A stretch of DNA of 64,000 bases, taken from positions 1 through 64,000 of IMG/VR virus record IMGVR_UViG_3300045988_132434; one strand, given 5' to 3'. The notes beneath the pieces are model-generated. The model was not told where the DNA came from. It worked only from the letters and a program-made list of their open reading frames with translations, and searched no databases. Below, piece after piece: positions 28,452 to 37,697 of the stretch (position 1 is its first letter; each line of letters starts with the position of its first letter). This DNA comes from a virus. A program made the translations under genes and the position numbers.

Positions 28452-29063
28452 TTAGAATGGCAGCGCATCATCATCTGCGCCGTAGGTGTTGCCGGCAAAC
28501 GGATCATTACTTGCCTCTGCAGGGGCTACATAATTGGTGGCTGCTCCTGCGGTACCTACATTCGATGTAGCGTATGGTGATGGCTGTTGGGTAGCCTGTG
28601 GCTGGTAGAGCATGGCCAGACGTTTGCTCACGCGCTGACGGATAGCCTTGAAGAGGTGGGTAGTCTCATCGGTAGCACTTTGATTCACAATATCGGGGTC
28701 GGTATCCTTAAACTGCTCCTTGACCTGTTCTACGAGCTTGGGAAATCTCTGTGCAAAAAGTTTGATGTAATCATTAGAGAATGATAACTGCATTTCGTGT
28801 GTCGGTACCGTGACGTTGGTATCACCACGTTCCTGTGCCGATCGGCGTACCGCATTTTTGTAGTTCTCATTCAGAGGCCAGATGTTCACGCGCATCTTAG
28901 CCAGTGTGCGGTCTTGTTTCTGTGGATGTTGTTCCACTTTGATTTCGTTCAGATCTGCGGGTATGCAGACGTACACTCTCTCTGGGTTATTTTTGTCAAT
29001 ACCCTTAAACACCTGCGCTCCATTGAGCGAGAGCAGGTCGATGTTGCCATTGTAACTTGCCAT
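28452..29063 (-). CDS. ssb: ssDNA-binding protein (non-canonical N-domain, acidic ...DDDALPF tail)
   Basis: The C-terminal tip DDDALPF equals the SSB protein-interaction tail. A Gln/Pro-rich linker precedes it, and the gene sits between the clamp and the primase-helicase. Confidence 0.6.
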   Translation of the reverse strand: MASYNGNIDLLSLNGAQVFKGIDKNNPERVYVCIPADLNEIKVEQHPQKQDRTLAKMRVNIWPLNENYKNAVRRSAQERGDTNVTVPTHEMQLSFSNDYIKLFAQRFPKLVEQVKEQFKDTDPDIVNQSATDETTHLFKAIRQRVSKRLAMLYQPQATQQPSPYATSNVGTAGAATNYVAPAEASNDPFAGNTYGADDDALPF

Positions 29064-29099
29064 TTGTTTGTTGTTTTTATTGTTAGTTAAATTTACGTA

Positions 29100-29714
29100 T
29101 TATTTCACAAGTCTAAATTCGTACACAAACACAAACGGGTTCTTCTCCCATGTGCCTTTGCCGCATATCTTGTCTATCATCTTGGCATAAGCCTCGCGTG
29201 GAGTAGTCGATAACTCGAAACTTAACGCTCCGCGTCTGATATAGGAGAATCCCCACATGTGGCTATGCACATCGGGATATTTCTGTATGCCTTCTGCCAA
29301 GCAGTCGTTGTCGCTAATGTCCTGCAAACGCTCAAAACGAATATCGGTAATGCGGATGCGATGGGGCATTTTGGAAGCAAAGACAAACATCTTATTATTG
29401 TAAGCCTTAAAACTACGCAAGCAAGACCGTTTCAATAAAACCATTTCATCAGATGTTTCCGAAGTAAAATCGAAAACGTCCTTGTATGGCTGTGCCACGG
29501 CAATATTATGTCCTATCCTAAACGCAGCTTCTTTGTGTATAACCTTTTTCAGGTGACAAAAACAACTACCAAAATCGCCTTTATAAAGCGATACATCCTT
29601 AGCAGTAATGTCGGGAGAATCGCAATATCCTGCTATACGTCTGGTCTGCGTCTTGCGTCCTTCAAGTACGGCTTTTGTCAGTCCGTACATGTCGTTAAAC
29701 ATTATTTTTTGCAT
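29100..29714 (-). CDS. ASCH-domain-like protein
   Basis: MQKIMFNDMYGLTKAVLEGRKTQTRRI matches the recurrent phage ASCH N-terminus (..AIL.GRKTQTRR). The internal ATG 29714 is used as the start. Confidence 0.55.
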   Translation of the reverse strand: MQKIMFNDMYGLTKAVLEGRKTQTRRIAGYCDSPDITAKDVSLYKGDFGSCFCHLKKVIHKEAAFRIGHNIAVAQPYKDVFDFTSETSDEMVLLKRSCLRSFKAYNNKMFVFASKMPHRIRITDIRFERLQDISDNDCLAEGIQKYPDVHSHMWGFSYIRRGALSFELSTTPREAYAKMIDKICGKGTWEKNPFVFVYEFRLVK

Positions 29715-29734
29715 ACACTTGTTGTCTTTACTGT

Positions 29735-29974
29735 TTAATATAATCTCGCCCTGCTGTCGCTCATATCGTCCATCGTGCGCACCTTGCGCCATTTCTTGAT
29801 TCTATTTTTTTGCGCATATACCGTTGACAGGCTGAGATACTTACTGCAGGCGAGGTGCATCGGACTGATACTGCCGCCAAACAGCGACGAACTCTGTTCT
29901 CTGCAACTACACTTCGCAAGGTCGAAAGAGATGCAGTTCTCGCACTTGTGGGGGGGGTAGGAAAATATTTGCAT
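29735..29974 (-). CDS. small Cys-rich hypothetical protein with a C8 tract at codons 6-9
   Basis: HKCENC..AKCSC..ACSKY. The alternative overlapping ORF 29761-29982 is less protein-like. Confidence 0.35.
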   Translation of the reverse strand: MQIFSYPPHKCENCISFDLAKCSCREQSSSLFGGSISPMHLACSKYLSLSTVYAQKNRIKKWRKVRTMDDMSDSRARLY

Positions 29975-30003
29975 AACATCATAGCTTTATATTAAATGAC
30001 CAA

Positions 30004-30411
30004 TTATAAAGATAGCGGATTGCCGTAATAATCTATCTCTTCAATATCATCCACCGAATAACTCTCGATGCAATACTCATCGAAGTATTTATAAGGACAG
30101 CAACCGATGCGATAGTCTTTAGAGGTTTTTCCCTCTGCCTCCATCTTGTCGTAATCAACATAGCGTCCTTTGCAGGGCGTGAACTTGTCGATATTTCTGG
30201 GAGTGAAGACCAATAGTATCTGTGTATTGACAATGCCTCGCAACCGACGCAAGGCTTTTCTTGCCTGTTTCACGTCGCCAATGCCGAAGCAGAATCCTTT
30301 TGCCGTGCTTGCTTTACCACGGATTTCCCCGTGGTCAGTTGTGTTGTGTAATGTCTTGCCTGCAAAAAACTTTATCAATTCGTCCACAGACATGTAGCGG
30401 AATAGTTTCAT
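30004..30411 (-). CDS. hypothetical protein
   Basis: 135 aa ORF. Confidence 0.5.
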   Translation of the reverse strand: MKLFRYMSVDELIKFFAGKTLHNTTDHGEIRGKASTAKGFCFGIGDVKQARKALRRLRGIVNTQILLVFTPRNIDKFTPCKGRYVDYDKMEAEGKTSKDYRIGCCPYKYFDEYCIESYSVDDIEEIDYYGNPLSL

Positions 30412-30449
30412 ACGCTATAAATATATTAGTTAAACATTGATTTTCTTAA

Positions 30450-33400
30450 TCAGAACGGCAAATCTTCCTCGTGGATATTAGGAAGCGTTGGAGCCGTTGC
30501 AGCAGGTGGTGCCATGCGCCTACCCTGCTTTCTGATTTTGTTGTTCTCCCACCGTTCTTTTTCCTCTACTGTAAGCGTAATGATATGACCATCATCATCG
30601 CGGTATGGTAACGGATCGGGACGCTCTGCATATTCTTTGGCTATGCGCTTGAGCTCGCGGTAGTCCTTCGGTATCGCGTCCTTACCTGGGCGGTAAAAGA
30701 AAAAAACGTGCTTGGAGGTCTGCATATAGCGGATAAACTTCGGCTCAATGGTGTTGTCATTCTCCCATTCACGACCAGTAAAGTATTCCTGCGTAACCCA
30801 CGCCTGTAGCTTGAAGCACTTGCGCTGTTTGTCGCTCTCGTTCTCGAAGAGGTGTTTGGGGTTACACGTTATCGACATATTCTCGCAATAGTCGTATATC
30901 TTCTTCTTGAAGGTAGCTCGGCTATACTCCTTCGACTTGCCCTCGGAAGCATCCGCCCAGTCGCGCATAAACTCGTTGAACATGTCGTCAGTGCATATTG
31001 GCACTCCGTAAACCTCGTTGCGAGAGAAGAACCACTCGAAGTAGCGGACAATGCTCTCCGTGAGCTTCTGAACCATCTGACGGCGACGCACATTGCCTTG
31101 CGGTGCAATGGCAAAGGTATGGTAGCGCATCAGGAACTGCACTGCCAAAGCGCAAAGGTAGATGGTCTGATTGCGGTCGGTGTCGGTGAGCTTTGCAGGG
31201 TCTGTATCAAAACGCTTCATAATGTCGGATGGTGATCGTGCCGGCTGTCGCTTTTGAGGATTCTCGCGAGCAAAGCGGTCGGAGAAACTAACCAGTGGAA
31301 AACGACCAATAGTAGAGGGGTCGTCGTCGCTCAACGGACTGTTGCTTGTTATGACGTGCATCGGTGAGTCTTCCATCTTCAAACTGACGGGGTCGCCAAA
31401 TTTCTTTTCAACCTTCGTACCTTTGGTAATCTTGTTGTAGAAGTATTTGAGCGGAAAGCTCTTCTGCTTGTCCTCCCAGTGTACAACACGATACTTGCCG
31501 GGATATATGAGCAAGTCGGAAAGACAGAACTTTGCATCGACAATGGTAAGAAAGTCTTTCATATCCACACAGAACACATTGACTGCCGAACCAACTACGA
31601 GGTTTACCAATACCGATTTACCACTACCACCAGAGGCTTGCTTCTCGTCGGCAATATTATCCTCAAGAAGATAAGGGCAGACGTTCTGCATCCCTTCCCA
31701 TGAACGATAACAAAGTCTGCCAATGCCCGAAAGCATATTGGCGAAATGGGCGTTCATTACGGCTCGCTCGTCATCAGTAAGTTTCTCTTTGCTACGCAGC
31801 ACGTCTCGCTCTCGCTCCCAGAGGGTGTTTGAGAATCCACGCACAATACGCAGGATAGGCCAAAGATCTTTTTCTTGCTGTCCTTGCCAGTTGACATCCC
31901 AACGATAGGTCTGTGCCCATTCCATAAGGTCGCCACGCATCTGCTTTATCTCGTCGTAGCTGAACACTGGCGACCCGTCCTCGTTCTGCATCTTCTCCTT
32001 TTTGTCTATCGCTTCCAGTCGGTCGCGATATTCCTGACGCTCGGTAATTGTAAAAGGAGTCTTGAACGCTCTCATCGTGAAGTCATACGGCTTCTTGGCG
32101 AGCGAGGGGATGAAGAAGTTGATGTCGTCATACGACACCGTGCGGATGCTGTCGGGTGTTATCTTCAATGCCACATTATTGAAGTAGAAATACTCTGTAT
32201 TGGCATCAAAAGCATCGGCAAAGTTTATCACCATGCTCTGCAAACCTCCAGCAGACTTTTCTGTGAAGGCCTTATCCACCATATTGGCGCAGTCGGACAT
32301 CAAGCGTCGCTCGTTGTCGCTATGCCACCATGTCTGTTCTATATATTCCAAAAGCATTGTCTTTGCTGCCTGAATGATACTCTTTGCGTCGATATACTCT
32401 ACGAAGCATTTGTTCAGGTGGATATACTGTCCCACGAGGTCGGTGCTCTCGGGGTCTATCATGCGGTAATATCCGTGTGCGGTCATAAAGAGCCACAATC
32501 GCGTAGGCGATACCTTGCAGGTAGGCAGTTTGGGCTTTCCACTTCGAGGGTCACGCGGATATTCTATCTCGAATGGCTCCGTGTTCCTGGCTCCACGCAA
32601 TCGGGAGTAAAGCGGCAGACGAACATCATGGTCGAACTGGAAGTTCTCTTCTGCGTTCATGGTATATGTCAGCATATAGTCGCGCACACTTCGGGGTGAG
32701 CAGCCATATAGCCATTGCCAGCGTCGGCAATAACGTGAGCGGAAACCTTCGGGCAGCATGGCATAATACAATGAACTGAACTTGCTGCATATCGCTCCGC
32801 AGTCGCGCTGTGAGGCAATGTCGTTGGGATAGAGGATAATGACACGCTCGGCAAAACGGTTCATCTTCTGATATTGCACAGCACTGAAATCAAGATTTTC
32901 CCGTTTCCACTCGCCACGCTCTATGTACCAGAAGTTTCTCCGTCCGATGGAGAACGCCACATGATACCAACAGAAGTCTTGAAAATGCTGGTCTTCTGCC
33001 TTGTCAAGGCGCAAGGAACGCATAGCATAATACACGCTCAATGCGTCTTCGGGTGTACGACAAAAAACGATATTACGGGCTTTTATCTCGGCGGTGGGGA
33101 TTGTGTATTTCTCCTCTTTGAAAGTTCCTTTCCCGTTACCTTCTTTATCTTCTCTCTCTACCCAAATCTTCTTATCTTCAGTGTATTTCTCTTCGGGATC
33201 GTACTTAGCGATGGCAGCATGAACGGCAGTATTATCGCTCTTGCGATTATCCATTGCATGAACAAACACGTTGTCGCCCATGAGCCACTTGCTCACCTTC
33301 CTCACACTGTGCTCCTCGGCGGTAGAGAACACTATCGGTTCGCTCCCTGCCATGGCCGGACGGAAGAAGCAACCGTAGGAGTTCTGCGGTCCTACCTCTT

Positions 33401-34109
33401 GCGAGGCGAAGCACACAAACAGCGGATTCCACGGCGTACCGTGGATAATCTCGCTCACATGCTGACCGTCACGTATTACGTCGGGCAGAGTGACACTCAG
33501 CAGGGAGTAGATGCGGAAGTCCTTGTTGAGCATGTCGGGGGTAAACGTACTGCCAAAGCCGAAACGAGGCAATCCTTTGTCGAGCGTCACCTCGCACCCA
33601 AGGGCTGCAAGCTCTTGTGGCGAGAAATCGGTCTTCGGCATAAAAGAGAACGTCTCGATGGTCTGCTGTGCCTGAGTACGGTAGTCCATCTTGGCAAACA
33701 CCTCTGGGAAGGCACGGCGCACCTCGTCGGAGTCACCATACACGTCCTTCACCAATCGCTGACAGATGCGCTGAAGACTATATCCGTGCATCGGGAGGTT
33801 CATCTTTGCTGCATATAGCTCGATGGCTCCGTAGCCTGTCTTACCCGTGCGAGTGCATTTCCATTTTACGGCTCCATGTTCTGCCATGCGATTGCCGTCA
33901 ACGCCGTTGCCGTCGTACATGCCACCGCGCTCATTCTTGTAGATGATGAAGTGGGGTGTCTGCTTGGCATCGACATCCACGTCCTGCCCCTTCTTGCAGA
34001 TCGGACAGAAACACGCGGTCTGGCCCTCGATGTGCTGCTCCGATGCAGGCTTCACGAGAAGGTGCAAGTCGATGTTTGCAAGACGGTTTAATATCGGGTG
34101 ATAGAACAT
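30450..34109 (-). CDS. primase-helicase (Zn-finger N-terminus, D5/P4-type NTPase)
   Basis: CFCPICKK zinc motif near the N-terminus and Walker A ASGGSGKSVL at about residue 815. Size is 1219 aa and the protein ends EEDLPF. Confidence 0.65.
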   Translation of the reverse strand: MFYHPILNRLANIDLHLLVKPASEQHIEGQTACFCPICKKGQDVDVDAKQTPHFIIYKNERGGMYDGNGVDGNRMAEHGAVKWKCTRTGKTGYGAIELYAAKMNLPMHGYSLQRICQRLVKDVYGDSDEVRRAFPEVFAKMDYRTQAQQTIETFSFMPKTDFSPQELAALGCEVTLDKGLPRFGFGSTFTPDMLNKDFRIYSLLSVTLPDVIRDGQHVSEIIHGTPWNPLFVCFASQEVGPQNSYGCFFRPAMAGSEPIVFSTAEEHSVRKVSKWLMGDNVFVHAMDNRKSDNTAVHAAIAKYDPEEKYTEDKKIWVEREDKEGNGKGTFKEEKYTIPTAEIKARNIVFCRTPEDALSVYYAMRSLRLDKAEDQHFQDFCWYHVAFSIGRRNFWYIERGEWKRENLDFSAVQYQKMNRFAERVIILYPNDIASQRDCGAICSKFSSLYYAMLPEGFRSRYCRRWQWLYGCSPRSVRDYMLTYTMNAEENFQFDHDVRLPLYSRLRGARNTEPFEIEYPRDPRSGKPKLPTCKVSPTRLWLFMTAHGYYRMIDPESTDLVGQYIHLNKCFVEYIDAKSIIQAAKTMLLEYIEQTWWHSDNERRLMSDCANMVDKAFTEKSAGGLQSMVINFADAFDANTEYFYFNNVALKITPDSIRTVSYDDINFFIPSLAKKPYDFTMRAFKTPFTITERQEYRDRLEAIDKKEKMQNEDGSPVFSYDEIKQMRGDLMEWAQTYRWDVNWQGQQEKDLWPILRIVRGFSNTLWERERDVLRSKEKLTDDERAVMNAHFANMLSGIGRLCYRSWEGMQNVCPYLLEDNIADEKQASGGSGKSVLVNLVVGSAVNVFCVDMKDFLTIVDAKFCLSDLLIYPGKYRVVHWEDKQKSFPLKYFYNKITKGTKVEKKFGDPVSLKMEDSPMHVITSNSPLSDDDPSTIGRFPLVSFSDRFARENPQKRQPARSPSDIMKRFDTDPAKLTDTDRNQTIYLCALAVQFLMRYHTFAIAPQGNVRRRQMVQKLTESIVRYFEWFFSRNEVYGVPICTDDMFNEFMRDWADASEGKSKEYSRATFKKKIYDYCENMSITCNPKHLFENESDKQRKCFKLQAWVTQEYFTGREWENDNTIEPKFIRYMQTSKHVFFFYRPGKDAIPKDYRELKRIAKEYAERPDPLPYRDDDGHIITLTVEEKERWENNKIRKQGRRMAPPAATAPTLPNIHEEDLPF

Positions 34110-34134
34110 GATTGCTGTTATTTTTTTAAGAGAA

Positions 34135-34256
34135 AGATAGACGACGATACGCCAAACTTTTTTCAGCGTGACCAGATTCCGAGGCTCTTACGTTCATTCT
34201 TAGTCAGCCTACTTATAGGAGGGCGTTACCGCTACCTCTATCGTCGTACTATCTTT
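34135..34256. repeat. long inverted repeat in the primase-helicase upstream region
   Basis: AGATAGACGACGATACGCC ... GGCGTTACCGCTACCTCTATCGTCGTACTATCT. Confidence 0.5.
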
Positions 34257-34396
34257 TTATGTCGTAAAAAGACCGGTGGTGATGTCCCAGATATTCAAGA
34301 GATGGTTGTCCTACGCTTTACTCGTCACAACCACACACCATATTTTAGAGGGCATTGCTGCGAACCTCCATCGCCACACGGTCTTTTGTTGCTTTA

Positions 34397-34819
34397 TTAA
34401 AGATTGACAAAAGTTTCTAATCGGTAGTATCTCACCGTACAGTTGCAGATCTTTTTCATCATTGCGACAATCAGGACGAAGAACTCTTTGATGCCGATAA
34501 ACGCTTCATCGAGTCCGTGCACCATAATCATCGTGCGACGATAACATTTTCCATTCTTCCACCGGCAGGAGTTCTCGCGGTCTATAACAAGATTCTTAAC
34601 CTTGCCGGCCATCATCTTAAAGAGTGACGTACAGACATCTTTGAGCAATTCAAAAGATGCACCATAGAAAAGCAGGGTGGGTATATCGTCGTTGATGCCA
34701 CGCCTATCCTCTGCATAAGCAATGCGGTGCACGTAGTTGTGTGTGACAAGCCACGGCATCTTACGCTTGTTGGCCCTGTTGGGCACGTAGGGCAATGATA
34801 AAAGACCAAAGTACGGCAT
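34397..34819 (-). CDS. hypothetical protein
   Basis: 140 aa ORF. Confidence 0.45.
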   Translation of the reverse strand: MPYFGLLSLPYVPNRANKRKMPWLVTHNYVHRIAYAEDRRGINDDIPTLLFYGASFELLKDVCTSLFKMMAGKVKNLVIDRENSCRWKNGKCYRRTMIMVHGLDEAFIGIKEFFVLIVAMMKKICNCTVRYYRLETFVNL

Positions 34820-34830
34820 GATGACCAGTT

Positions 34831-35478
34831 TTATTTTTCAATATTCAGACATTTCAGATGTTTCATCATCTGCCATGTTGAGTAAATACTGCGCTTGCAG
34901 TCAAATATAGGATCGTGAGCGACACCCTCGCCTTCGTAAGGCTCTACCAGCGAGTAGGCTCTGTTGGAATCATACGGCTGTTGTGCCGCATCAAGTATGA
35001 TCTTCGCACCTTCCAGGAAAAAAGTACGGTGGTCACGGAAATTCTTATAAGAGACTGGCAGGTCTATCTGGAATTTCTGACAGATATTTCTCAGAATGGC
35101 AATATCGAAGTCTGACCCCTGTGACCATAGACAAATCTCATCACCATTGGCCATCTCTTTTATCCACTGGAAAAAATCAACGACCACGTTTTCAATGCTG
35201 TCGCAAGGTTGGCAGTCTGGTGCTGTTACAGCCACCTTTGCCTCTTTACTGCGAGTAGCCCACCAGTATGCCGTGTTCTGGTCAAAGGTGAATCCATTGA
35301 CAAACTGCGATCGCAAATCAACATGGCGCAGGTACAGGTAGTCTGCATTGTGCATGTTGCCTTCTTCGTAAAAAGGAGTATCTACTTGATTTCTGTCCCA
35401 TGCCACGGCACCGATACTCATCACGGCTGCCGTAGGGCATAAGGCGCACGTCTCTAAATCAAAAGTAATGTCTATCAT
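34831..35478 (-). CDS. DnaQ-like 3'-5' exonuclease (Rv2179c-like)
   Basis: ExoI IDITFDLET, ExoII WSQGSDFDIAIL and ExoIII VAHDPIFDC. Confidence 0.75.
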   Translation of the reverse strand: MIDITFDLETCALCPTAAVMSIGAVAWDRNQVDTPFYEEGNMHNADYLYLRHVDLRSQFVNGFTFDQNTAYWWATRSKEAKVAVTAPDCQPCDSIENVVVDFFQWIKEMANGDEICLWSQGSDFDIAILRNICQKFQIDLPVSYKNFRDHRTFFLEGAKIILDAAQQPYDSNRAYSLVEPYEGEGVAHDPIFDCKRSIYSTWQMMKHLKCLNIEK

Positions 35479-35963
35479 TGTTTATCGTAAAAATTCTGTA
35501 ATAGGTTTTTAATGCCAATAAACTCCCAAGGCTTCCATTGGTCTGAGGTGAAACGCTTGACAACGGTTGCCGGACTCATGCCTCGCTCATTCATAAAGTC
35601 GAAGAAGCGCACACATAATCCTGCATTTGCCAGGCGAAGACTGTTGTAGAAGCTGCCATCCTGATCACTCGTCGCCAAGGTGTAGAGGTAGCCTCTGTCG
35701 CCCTCGTCACCACTTTCCGGCACACTTTGCAATAGAATCTCTGACACCTCCTTGGTATCTAAAAATTGCTTTTTACATTTGTTTATACCGTCCAATTCCC
35801 ACTGCTCGAAACCTTTTTGGCAGAAACGAAGATAAAAAGTAGAAAGAGTGAAGCCATAATGCTGAGTAAAAACAGCCAGTTTCTTCTTCTCCTCGACCGT
35901 AATATCATCTGCTCCTAAAAAAGAGTGGGGCTTTGAAAAAATACCAGTTACTTTCTTCGTCAT
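35475..35963 (-). CDS. hypothetical protein, first gene of the leftward replication operon
   Basis: 162 aa ORF. Confidence 0.5.
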   Translation of the reverse strand: MTKKVTGIFSKPHSFLGADDITVEEKKKLAVFTQHYGFTLSTFYLRFCQKGFEQWELDGINKCKKQFLDTKEVSEILLQSVPESGDEGDRGYLYTLATSDQDGSFYNSLRLANAGLCVRFFDFMNERGMSPATVVKRFTSDQWKPWEFIGIKNLLQNFYDKQ

Positions 35964-35973
35964 TTACAGTTTT

Positions 35974-35998
35974 AATTCTTAAATTTGTTACAAAGATA
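35974..35998. promoter_or_regulatory. interleaved divergent promoters
   Basis: Plus-strand TAAATTTG lies at 35980-35987 inside AATTCTTAAATTTG. Minus-strand TATCTTTG lies at 35991-35998. Each predicted start site falls in the other -7 box. Confidence 0.5.
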
Positions 35999-36088
35999 TA
36001 TCTTAAAATTGAAACAAACAATTTTTACCTTCATTTATTCGAGTTTTTAACATTCTTTTTATATTGTGACCTTTTAATTTTTTAATGT

Positions 36089-36745
36089 ATGAAGTATCAG
36101 TACAATTACGGTTTTCTCGCTAAGTGGTTGGAAAACAACAAGAAAAACTTACCCAAGGGTGCTATTCAGGAGGCTGTTGGTTCAAAGTCTAACAACGCTT
36201 TCAAGTCGTGGGTCAGAATGGACGGACCTATGCCAGTGATAACAATGGTCAGATTCTGCAACGCATTTCAAATCCCTATCTCATCATTTTTCCGTGATGC
36301 CGACGCTCAGGACGGTGCGGTACCGTCAAGACCAGAGCCTGACGATCAGTTAGAACCCAACGGTGGGTATGCTGACTTAGAGAGCAGAACACAGGGAGAG
36401 CGTACCGTGCTCGACCCGCTCGACGTGCCCATGATAAAGACAGTGATTCCCGGTTCGTCATTATCCGTCGCTGAAGTTACAGAGGATGATGCCCATGCCG
36501 ACACCAATCAGATTGTGGTGGGCAACATTACCGATGCCAATATGGCGGCATTGATAAAACTGCAAAGAGAGCATGCAGCAAATGAGCGTGAATTGATGGA
36601 ACAGAAAAGCAGACTGCTCGATATTATTGCCGAACAGCAAAAGCAGATTTCTGACTTGACAAATCAGTTGCTCAAACTAAGACAGCAACCAAGGGATGTC
36701 GGCTATACCTGTAGTCTGGTATCGGAGCAGACACCGGAGCGATAA
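36089..36745 (+). CDS. XRE-like HTH regulator with C-terminal coiled coil (repressor candidate)
   Basis: LPKGAIQEAVGSKSNNAFKSWVRMDGPMPVITMVRFCNAFQIPISSFF is HTH-like. It is the only rightward gene here and is divergent from the replication operon. Confidence 0.5.
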   Translation: MKYQYNYGFLAKWLENNKKNLPKGAIQEAVGSKSNNAFKSWVRMDGPMPVITMVRFCNAFQIPISSFFRDADAQDGAVPSRPEPDDQLEPNGGYADLESRTQGERTVLDPLDVPMIKTVIPGSSLSVAEVTEDDAHADTNQIVVGNITDANMAALIKLQREHAANERELMEQKSRLLDIIAEQQKQISDLTNQLLKLRQQPRDVGYTCSLVSEQTPER

Positions 36746-36790
36746 AAAAACAACCGCCTATTCCTCACGAACTGGCGGTTGGGGTTTAAT
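36744..36790. terminator. bidirectional terminator
   Basis: AACCGCC (36752-36758) pairs with GGCGGTT (36774-36780). It is flanked by A7 on the left and GGGGTTT on the right. Confidence 0.55.
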
Positions 36791-36846
36791 ATATTAGAAA
36801 CGAATACTAAACCTAAAAAATAAAATAAAACTAAAAAAACTAAATA

Positions 36847-37377
36847 CTACTTTTGTATATGATCAGAAATCGCCAAACGCTTTTGACGATTGAAATAGTG
36901 TTCGTCAATTAAAGCAACGTGACTGTCGTTGCTCTTGTATGGTGCATCGACGTACCAATAGTCTTTATGCTTGAAGATAATCGGTGTGGTATTGCCAAAG
37001 GTCATAGGCAGTGCCATACCTTTCTTGTTGCAGTTGGGTACCAAAGACAAAATGCCGAAAAGAGCTGCTTCATTGACAACGGGCAACTTCTTCATTTCCT
37101 TCTCTAACGCTGATCCGTCTGCCGGCACGAAATATACGTCTCCCGTTGGCGTGTCGATTCGTTCCCAGCCTTCTTTGGCTATCGTGTTGTCAAACTCAAC
37201 GGCAACAATTCCGCCTGCCATGCCTTTGGGAGATTCAATGTAGTGGTCTGCACCCTGTTTCTCTGCCCACTGACGGGCCTGTTCTGCTGCATCTGCACAC
37301 TGGTCCACAAACACCTGCAGTTGGTCAGCTGTGTCACTCGTTACGCTGATTTGGTAATAATAATGCGGTTTTTCCAT
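36847..37377 (-). CDS. hypothetical protein
   Basis: 176 aa ORF. Confidence 0.5.
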   Translation of the reverse strand: MEKPHYYYQISVTSDTADQLQVFVDQCADAAEQARQWAEKQGADHYIESPKGMAGGIVAVEFDNTIAKEGWERIDTPTGDVYFVPADGSALEKEMKKLPVVNEAALFGILSLVPNCNKKGMALPMTFGNTTPIIFKHKDYWYVDAPYKSNDSHVALIDEHYFNRQKRLAISDHIQK

Positions 37378-37398
37378 ATCTCTATAATTTGTTATCTA

Positions 37399-37692
37399 TT
37401 ATCTCAGTTTGCAATAAATCACAGGTTCTCCACACTCATCATCCTTCATCTTAAAGCCTCTCATAGCCAACTCCTGCAGGTACAATGCCAATGGATCACC
37501 CAGCGGACATACTACTGCCTTGAAGTAGGTACGAAGCTGATAGTCGGTAAACATGTCGCAGTCTTCACGCCAATGGTCGAGCGGTTTGTATTTCTCGCAG
37601 AAGGCTTCTATCTTGGCAGGGATTACAAAGTCTTGCAAGGTGACTTCTGGCTGCGAGGTGACTTCTATTAGGTCTTGTTTCTTTCTGCCCAT
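37399..37692 (-). CDS. hypothetical protein
   Basis: 97 aa ORF. Confidence 0.5.
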   Translation of the reverse strand: MGRKKQDLIEVTSQPEVTLQDFVIPAKIEAFCEKYKPLDHWREDCDMFTDYQLRTYFKAVVCPLGDPLALYLQELAMRGFKMKDDECGEPVIYCKLR

Positions 37693-37697
37693 ACCTT

